DNA of 64,000 nucleotides from Quinella sp. 1Q7 (GTDB lineage Bacteria; Bacillota; Negativicutes; Selenomonadales; Selenomonadaceae): NCBI GenBank assembly GCA_015206805.1, contig JADEZP010000001.1, positions 219 to 64,218 of the forward strand, read 5' to 3'. Shown piece by piece: positions 63,101 to 64,000 of this stretch (position 1 is its first letter; each line of letters starts with the position of its first letter). The notes under the pieces were generated by a model. It saw only the letters and a program-made list of their open reading frames with translations, ran no database searches and was not told where the DNA came from. The position numbers and the translations under genes were made by a program.

Positions 63101-64000
63101 ACGAACGAAATAACCGTAAGCGGCGGCGACGATTCGGCGGTCATTCAAATTGCGGGCGACAGCTCCGTCATGGTTGAGCACGACGCAATTTTGATTCGCA
63201 ACCTGTCGAACGGCGCGACGATCTCTGTTGCCAACGACGTTTACGACGCGTGGACTGATTCGTTCGACGGCGCGACGCTTGCCGTAACCGACGCGGACGG
63301 TCGCAACTTCACGGTCACGGGCACGGATTCGGACGGCGTCAACTTCAAACTTGACGGCGCGGGTCACGTTATCGGCGTCGAAGACCTCGACAGCGGCGTC
63401 ACGCTTGAAGGCAACGTTAATGAGCTGGAGACGGTTAACGGCGCGGCACTCGACATCCAAGGCGATTCAAGCTTCGGCGTCGTCGGAGCGGACAGCGGCG
63501 TCAGCAAAATTTTCAACCTTAGCGGCAATGCAACCGTCAACAATGCGGCGGGCGCAAGTCAAGCCCTCACCGATACGGACGGCAACTTCACGTTCGGCGA
63601 GCAAAGCTTCACGGTCGAAGGCGACAGCGCGGTCACTTACGGCTTGAGCGACGACACTGTCAACGCGATTGACGAACTTAGCGGCACCGTCACGAGCAAC
63701 GATTTCGACGACGTTACTTCCGTCAACGGGCAGAGCTTCGACGTTGCGGGCGACGACGGCGACTTGAAAGTTGTCGGCAACGCGGCTGAAGACGGCTTGT
63801 CCGAAATTGCCAACGTCGGCGGCTCAAACGGCGTCACAATCAGCGCGACGGGCGGCGCAACTAAGGTTACGACGGATAAAGTCGGCACGGTCGAATTCCC
63901 GAATCAAAGCTTCACGGTCGAAGGCGACAGCGCGGTCACTTACGGCTTGAGCGGCGACACCGTCACGGCGATTGACGAACTCAACGGCACGGTTACGGGC
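42128..64000 (+). CDS. giant repetitive secreted/adhesin-like protein, more than 7,290 codons, 3' end outside the window
   Basis: ATG 42128 is 9 nt after SD AAGGGAG. Frame 2 contains no stop up to position 64000: the ORF track, which needs a stop, lists no frame-2 plus-strand ORF after 42131, and manual translation is protein-like throughout. The sequence is G/D/S/T/A/V/N-rich, Cys-free and acidic, with no N-terminal signal peptide. ~105-aa modules are marked by (N)AGGAT..(T)D..G.F.F....F.V.GD..V.F.L......V...(L)D..AT..G.L..L..(V/I)NG..F.(V/I).GD. Confidence 0.85.
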   Translation, partial: MSDQFNNFSFDLQRFDGPSSVYYSLIGESSAATKAGDSFYWGASGALIQFDGSPSALLQVNYSTSTAGTSTYYSVTEIADWVSLAGASAADYKFASISSTEGFNIIGLGDNTVEGLTFTGGSSVPTLQFSGAGDSSKDYLDIYNGALSNIALGTTSAAFTTEGNSSGVTWSINSLSLALDKGFTFTGDKTLELLGNDNATVNFTYANAVNKIFGLSSNTIDGLEFTIEGSGTSSVSLEFSGAGASDYLEISDGLLGNVVLGTSGAALTVNEKTYDGQNYTTDDDTLGLRINKERIAIDQGFKYSIEGESSDAVKTVEILAGGTSVIVMDSGDANKITFGSTSYATLQFASNTYEFVNASGSVYFTLKNDVGEINGFNFGGKGDALSFNEAANNNLSNGEKLFYKGISFKDKSEILSNIDLGNGDNEKLVMLSDDGKFMFSDLVAGDNIQFNTDILIKFEDTGNAGGSVAFDALSGTITSITVGESGILTITDGDNSSYGINGNDVIVNDAAVNVSFGTTSGTEKGFTYNNLNSDKPILELNTFFKLDEFGDEDKNEFAVSKWGKAVELAIGWTSGTNVTLGNGDDSVTFILSTSPDDPNGYISDYELLGKFTFSGESKVSGFIFGADSGTDSIIFDKTLLNTASFSFGYTTDGFGSATYTYLNVPHVTLAGAGSGAVAQTSVSAAFTLVVGGGSATVADYDASTQVKFDGGTSGFFQIAFDTNGELQGITPVAALSGGASSLAEGMAFTVTGNTTANSESGLYFGSASNVVAIASGSYIYTHYSQSSAVKLGNDTDTLYALADAKTLNLGGTSGAITDALNGTSSTDDDFTYQYRSGGSAYFTVGASALSAFVFGTVSDAIGMSAGNKLGLEYVNGTSTAGLSVLPTVTGTNTYWVEMTGASGSEFAINEFGGAASVAFGSASFTFAGGSDNSAFMFNAGGSALGFSAAAGSVAMNIAAASYLAGGDFSINGASVDIDARGLNGTLTYIAGESALLGLGDKSTITNAGDITKIYATSSAATFTFGSTSFRADAAGTSTGDLAYYDVNGASATGFHFMKTADSLTLPGSVSGFSLYDGANGTGFDAPTVSVTAGGSEVSSYTVVKQAGDSLFAVAGLSDDNYAEFGQTHITFETLSAATGEILFNVLNAPTIALTGISGLVADNDAVRVTGATGGISIMGKTVEIVGESSGFLYTNHDTDTDTITEVYGDATIKAVAGAKVIGTAAGQSGLGQFTFNIASDSQIFTVAGDGKNGVNFQLGSDSKVVGVNGVDNDESVTGAFFTNGSFSLNNAAVSIANDSTSNKTNYTFYGASLAGLVSGDNVTKAGGVSYFITSESGAFTILNTAMTIGGDSSVVFGVNGGLSTISGLDGADAYAYGSFSNAITVNTKSVKVTGDNLIAVYGNAAANGVAKIGSLSGNVDVLSADDVTMVGADGDGQFTFSFMGKGESFAIDGNSSADTWFTFGTDSVVAGISGIDAGETVTGSFSNAAIAINNAATLKIDGDTDGNSVTYAGTSFIVYDLNGGATVSSASGIYSAWTDTIGTSGANFWFGSVSFGVAGDSSNGVQFVLDGDSIVDSVTDLDFDATLRGGLSSLQSVNNASFSVGGDDNFGVVGGTGASGIRAIIDLSNNATVSNAGGATLAVTDTIASGGSLAIMFNNTAFTIEGADSDGVNFILNSAGSVVAVEDLDANATLRGDLTGLSSINGISFAVGGDTSLAVVGAASGISAILDLSNGATLTNSGGATVAVTDTEGQFTFDGKTFTVAGDSSVTFGLSGVAVTGVSYFDAPATITGEISGLTINNDTTQINITGDSDSIFSYAIDSASGATLGGVGGSSTVVINHAAGANVVQVIDASNYQFGTASAFTLAGTSAAVDFMVNSLSVTAVGGLNDTETLTGYGFDKVVSINGATFDIKGDAGDMMVVGNTGASGLTVIGNVGSSDGVTINNVGGASKVSTDLDGVFNFVSNLMPFTVSGDTNVDFITAAGQSASVIGVESFSGPATISGALDGVYINDDTLAIDITGDSDSLLSYMLNGTATLGSVGGDNVTINGVAGASVVQITASGIYDFQLGASEIFTLAGGDSSVFFGLDGTTVKSIADFDKGDSVTGNFANGITVSGGSATSYIKVTGDDTIQVVRDDIQINKLSNGATIDAADSVSIAWTDAFSSSSIAIQDADGYRFTVNGFDSTGVEYLLNDSGHVIGVSSLDTGVTLTGSLSVLNSINGATFDVKGDDTLAVVGASTGVSKIFELSDGATVTSAAGASQALTDSTGNFYFGSQSFTVDGDSAITFGLNNSAVNTISELSGSVTSFNFADITSTNGKSFAISGDAEDLMIVGNAAASGLAQIDKVGAGEGQTVTITNAGGATLISTDKAGGFSFVSSEQNFTLQSAGDSVINFALDATETVTAIGGVGDTETIIGVFDAVDSVNGVAFDIVGDSGTLSIVGRDDLSSISKIMGVGNAGGGNVTINNVGGADELLTNAAGTFVFTGASFLTNDDSLTFALGGDSATAITGLDNGKSIQSSFAGVSSVNGKNFSINDSDSSIVIFGGAASSISKIAGVTGNATIANAGGASQIITDSVGTFQFQNQTLTTGSDNVVTFGLSGDIVTTIDGLSGNVAGQFDSVTAVNGHSFVVLGDAGDLTVYGAANESSVVGLDGVGSSGNVTIQYVGGASYVGTDNVGTFQFGGGQSFTVDGDASIKFITATDDAPASVLGVTDFNGDATITGKLNDISINGGSVKIDIDGDADDIFSYALNSAGSTLGAVGGSSVTIRGADGADVVQVTQDGAYQFSITGAGQAFTVSGDGDGVNFALVNNTVQSVSDLDENATLRGNLNDLSAVNGQSFAVTGDNNFGVVGGASAQTLSKIFGLSGTVTVNRSGGATQIGADGDGQFAFNFAAGENFTLGGNGAEQTWFTFGASFVEAIDGVDNGETVTGNFSHGIDINGGNSIQVTGDDKISVASVTGALEIANLGGGATVAVAGGVSLARTETLGGSAVTFTFVDETFSVSGDTDGVDFVLDGNTVVKKVNDLDFDATLRGGLSSLQSVNNASFSVGGDDNFGVVGGTGASGIRAIIDLSNNATVSNAGGATLAVTDEQGTFTFNGDTFTVAGDSSVNFLLDGAGSVVAVEDLDAGATLRGDLTGLSSINGISFAVGGDTSLAVVGAASGISRILDFSDGATLTNSGGATVAVTDTVGAFTFDGKTFTIAGDSSVTFGLSGAAVTSVTNFNAPATITGEISGLKINDDTTAIDITGDSDSIFSYALNSTGSTLGAVGGSSVTINHAASANVVQVISAGNYQFGTASAFTLAGTSAAIDFMVNSLSVTAVGGLNDTETLTGYGFDKVTAINGATFDIKGDAGDMMVVGNTGASGLTVIGNVGSSDGVTINNVGNASKVSTDMEGVFDFANPAAAFTVSGDSSVDFVMAAGASASVVGVESFDSPATIAGALDGIYINGASLAIEIDGDSDNIFSYAVDGSTTLGMVGGANVTINGAADADVVQVVEDGQYNFFGGQSFKFAGESLDFGLSGDTVTAIDGLDVGETVTGDFNNSITINENNVQVADDSAVDVTTDGSKLELNGLTNGANVMQADGVSSAFTDGEGNFTFVNGTFTVSGDSDGVEFKLDGAANVVGVDGLDSGATLRGDINGLTVNGQLVDIRGDSFGVVGGTSGVSQIIDMSEPATVHNAGGATELLTDSDGTFWFEAGGVSFLIEGDSAVTFVSSDGVSVASGVENLDGWLTADSNVFADGFSVNGQTVQIVGDEGTLRIHGTGDAIDTIAGVTGDVTIQSTGGANFIITDAQGTFEFANQTFTTGGDDTVTFELDGDNVTAISDLNGYVASDNFDGVTVNGKSFDIAGDAGDMTIHGDDSGITEIAGVGSSSGVTINNVGGAEKVSTDMEGVFEFADNAAAFTVSGDNSVEFVMAAGQSASVIGVENFDEPATIAGALDGVYINGSSLAIEIDGDSDNIFSYAVNGSTTLGEVGGANVTINGAADANVVQVVEDGNYNFFGGQSFKFAGESLDFGLSGDSVTSIDGLDVGETVTGDFNNSITINDNNVQVADDSAVDVTNDGSKLELRGLTTGANVLQADGVSSAFTDGEGNFEFVNGEFTVSGDSDGVEFKLDGAANVVGVDGLDSGATLRGDINGLTVNGQLVDIRGDADGFGVVGGTSGVSQIIEMSEPATVHNAGGATELLTDSDGTFWFEAGGVSYLIEGDSSVTFISDGVSVASGVENLTGWIEADAAVFADGFSVNGQTVQIVGDSGTLRIHGTGDAIDTIAGVTGDVTIQSTGGANFIITDAQGTFEFANQTFTTGGDDTVTFELDGDTVTAISDLNGYVASNNFDGVTVNGKSFDIVGDAGDMMVIGNDYENGITEIADVGSSGGVTINNVGGAGKVVSDTEGVFDFADNAAAFTVSGDSSVDFVMAAGASASVVGVESFDSPATIAGALDGIYINGASLAIEIDGDSDNIFSYAVDGSTTLGMVGGANVTINGAADADVVQVVEDGNYNFFGAQKYTLATDNDSDGVNFVLDGTTVTAIESFDKGDSIIGDFTNEITVSGGDESSYIKVTGDTEILVEHDDILIKKLSDGATIDAAGGVSIAWTDALTGAALAIQDADGHRFTVNGFDSTGVEYLLNGSGHVIGVSSLDTDVTLTGSLSVLNSINGATFDVKGDDTLAVVGASTGVSKIFELSGGATVTSAAGASQALTDSTGNFYFGGQSFTVGGDSAITFGLNNSTVNTISELSGSVTSFKFADITSTNGKSFAISGDADDLMVVGNAAASGLAQIDKVGAGDGQTVTITNAGGATFITTDKAGGFSFVSSEQNFTLQSAGDSVINFALDATETVTAIGGVGGTETIIGVFDAVDSVNGVAFDIVGDSGTLSIVGRDGLSSISKIMDVGNAGGGNVTINNVGGADELLTNAAGTFVFKGASFLTDDNALTFALANDNATAITGLDNGKSIQSSFAGVSSVNGKNFTVNDGDSSIVIFGGAASSISRIAGVTGNATIYNAGGASQIITDAAGVFQFPNQTLTTGGDAVVTFGLSGYIVTTIDGLSGSVAGQFDSVTAVNGHSFVILGDAGDMTVYGAANESSVVGLDGVGSAGNVTIQYVGGASYVGTDNVGTFQFGGGQSFTVDGDASIKFITATDDAPASVLGVTDFGNDATITGKLNDISINGGSVKIDIDGDTDDIFSYALNSTGSTLGAVGGSSVTIRGADGANVVQVTQDGAYQFSITGAGQAFTVSNDTDGVNFALVNNTVQSASDLDDGATLRGNLNDLAAVNGQSFAVTGDDNFGVVGGASAQTLSKIFDLSGTVEVAQSGGATQIGADGDGQFAFNFAAGENFTLGGNSSADTWFTFGASFVTGISGVDAGETVTGNFSHGIDINGGNSIKVTGDDNISVASVTGALEIADLGGGATVAVAGGVSLARTETLGGTNAAFTFVDETFSVSGDADGVDFVLDGNTVVKEINDLDAGATLRGGLSSLDSVNGATFDVGGDNNFGVIGGTGASGIRAIIDLSNNATVSNAGGATLAVTDEQGTFTFNGDTFTVEGDSSVNFILNSAGSVVAVEDLDAGATLRGDLTGLSSINGISFAVGGDTSLAVVGAASGISRILDFSDGATLTNSGGASQAVTDTVSAFTFDGKTFTIAGDSSVTFGLSGVAVTGVTNFNAPATITGQISGLKINNDTTKIQISGDTDSIFSYAIDSASGATLGAVGGSSTVVINHAAGANVVQVISGGNYQFGTASAFTLAGTSAAIDFMVNSLSVTAVGGLNDTETLTGYGFNDVVSINGAKFDIKGDAGDMMVVGNTGANGLTVIGNVGSSDGVTINNVGNASKVSTDMEGVFDFANPAAAFTVSGDTNVDFITAAGQSASVIGVENFGGVATIAGALDGIYINGASLAIEIDGDSDSLLSYAVDGSTTLGMVGGANVTINGAADADVVQVVEDGQYNFFGGQSFKFAGESLDFGLSGDTVTAIDGLDVGETVTGDFNNSITINENNVQVADDSAVDVTTDGSKLELNGLTNGANVMQADGVSSAFTDGEGNFTFVNGTFTVSGDSDGVEFKLDGAANVVGVDGLDSGATLRGDINGLTVNGQLVDIRGDSFGVVGGTSGVSQIIDMSEPATVHNAGGATELLTDSDGTFWFEAGGVSFLIEGDSAVTFVSSDGVSVASGVENLDGWLTADSNVFADGFSVNGQTVQIVGDEGTLRIHGTGDAIDTIAGVTGDVTIQSTGGANFIITDAQGTFEFANQTFTTGGDDTVTFELDGDNVTAISDLNGYVASDNFDGVTVNGKSFDIAGDAGDMTIHGDDSGITEIAGVGSSSGVTINNVGGAEKVSTDMEGVFEFADNAAAFTVSGDNSVEFVMAAGQSASVIGVENFDEPATIAGALDGVYINGSSLAIEIDGDSDNIFSYAVNGSTTLGEVGGANVTINGAADANVVQVVEDGNYNFFGGQSFKFAGESLDFGLSGDSVTSIDGLDVGETVTGDFNNSITINDNNVQVADDSAVDVTNDGSKLELRGLTTGANVLQADGVSSAFTDGEGNFEFVNGEFTVSGDSDGVEFKLDGAANVVGVDGLDSGATLRGDINGLTVNGQLVDIRGDADGFGVVGGTSGVSQIIEMSEPATVHNAGGATELLTDSDGTFWFEAGGVSFLIEGDSSVTFISSDGVSVASGVENLDGWLTADAAIFADGFSVNGQTVQIVGDTGTLRIHGTGDAIDTIAGVTGDVTIQSTGGANFIITDAQGTFEFANQTFTTGGDDTVTFELDGDTVTAISDLNGYVASNNFDGVTVNGKSFDIVGDAGDMMVIGNDYENGITEIADVGSSGGVTINNVGGAGKVVSDTEGVFDFADNAAAFTVSGDNSVEFVMAAGQSASVVGVENFDEPAMIAGALDGVYINGASLAIEIDGDSDSIFSYAVDGSTTLGSVGGDNVTINSAADADVVQVVEDGTYEFFGAQKYTLATDNDSDGVNFVLDGTTVTAIESFDKGDSIIGDFTNEITVSGGDDSAVIQIAGDSSVMVEHDAILIRNLSNGATISVANDVYDAWTDSFDGATLAVTDADGRNFTVTGTDSDGVNFKLDGAGHVIGVEDLDSGVTLEGNVNELETVNGAALDIQGDSSFGVVGADSGVSKIFNLSGNATVNNAAGASQALTDTDGNFTFGEQSFTVEGDSAVTYGLSDDTVNAIDELSGTVTSNDFDDVTSVNGQSFDVAGDDGDLKVVGNAAEDGLSEIANVGGSNGVTISATGGATKVTTDKVGTVEFPNQSFTVEGDSAVTYGLSGDTVTAIDELNGTVTG
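48571..55887 (+). repeat. 7.32-kb intragenic super-repeat, unit 1 (phase arbitrary)
   Basis: The landmark cgcgacgatt occurs at 48571 and 55888, and diverged (cgcgacgatC) at 63213; offsets are 7317 and 7325. Identical antisense ORFs at 52772..53716 and 60095..61039 show an offset of 7323. Confidence 0.9.
52775..55765 (+). repeat. nested tandem sub-repeat, 2 x ~1.5 kb (~498 aa) inside unit 1; the same pair recurs at ~60098-63090
   Basis: The ATCACAATTAAC landmark occurs at 52775 and 54269 (offset 1494). Plus-frame ORF pairs 53472/54969 and 53742/55305 show an offset of ~1497-1560. Confidence 0.8.
55888..63212 (+). repeat. 7.32-kb intragenic super-repeat, unit 2; a third unit starts but diverges after ~63,120
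   Basis: Same landmarks. 59864-62038 appears identical to 52541-54715. 62950-63120 still matches 55630-55800, after which similarity drops to protein level. Confidence 0.9.

Noticed and set aside
42553-63888. Dozens of long minus-strand and off-frame plus-strand ORFs across the giant gene, up to 314 aa. Examples are 52772..53716, 60095..61039, 58114..58989, 54266..55021 and 46127..46825.
   Set aside because: They are shadows of the 21.9-kb frame-2 ORF. Their translations are low-complexity (R/A/V/D-rich or S/T/P/A-rich). They lack SD sequences, start and stop arbitrarily, and are duplicated only because the sense-strand DNA is repeated. Strong codon bias (GNC/GNG) in the sense frame suppresses stops in the other frames.
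46000-64000. Possible CRISPR array or non-coding satellite, suggested by the strong periodicity.
   Set aside because: Repeat periods are ~315 bp, ~1.5 kb and ~7.3 kb rather than 28-37-bp repeats with unique spacers. All copies keep one open reading frame, and indels are multiples of three. This is a coding repeat.
1-64000. Search for rRNA or tRNA genes, transposases, integrases and att-like flanks around the accessory patches.
   Set aside because: No intergenic region long or structured enough for a tRNA or rRNA was seen, apart from the carA leader, which lacks a cloverleaf. No ORF resembled a transposase or integrase. Mobility of the 1.8-6.1 kb patch therefore cannot be supported from this window.

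Overview
This 64-kb window comes from a GC-rich, apparently diderm bacterium; I did not identify the taxon.

Housekeeping genes, all intact:
- LPS: a waaA-lpxK fusion.
- Lipid synthesis: fabK-acpP-fabG.
- Other metabolism and translation: glyQS, carAB, fucO-like, sstT.
- Competence: comEC and comFC.

Accessory and conflict-system material between them:
1. 1.8-6.1 kb holds several remnants. These are a self-contained 33-codon micro-gene, the C-terminal stub of a type ISP restriction enzyme, and two tandem MuF-type polymorphic-toxin cassettes. Each cassette has a toxin C-terminal domain (CT), an immunity gene and a 36-aa membrane peptide; the second cassette is decayed.
2. 12.9-15.4 kb is a Zorya-like locus with a zorA stub, zorB and a frameshifted EH-signature zorC, but no zorD. 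It follows an orphan histidine kinase.
3. 21.6-24.1 kb is a vsr / m5C-methylase / HpaII-like endonuclease unit. Methylase and endonuclease share one ORF, and a G9 tract shifts the endonuclease C-terminus out of frame.
4. 36.1-36.5 kb is a brnT/brnA-like pair.
5. 31.6-35.9 kb is a frameshifted RTX-like Ca-binding repeat protein.
6. From 42,128 to the window end runs one uninterrupted ORF of more than 7,290 codons. It encodes a giant protein of ~105-aa modules arranged in nested DNA repeats of ~1.5 kb and ~7.32 kb, including more than 2 kb of apparently perfect identity and signs of gene conversion.

Window-wide signals:
- The palindromic 8-mer AAAATTTT (usually G/C-flanked) is strikingly over-represented in every reading frame and in intergenic DNA.
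- A conserved ACATCACGCAATAAAAAATCCC plus hairpin element sits at three convergent gene junctions.

No rRNA, tRNA, CRISPR array, transposase or integrase was recognised. All family assignments are from motif recognition by eye; no searches were run.
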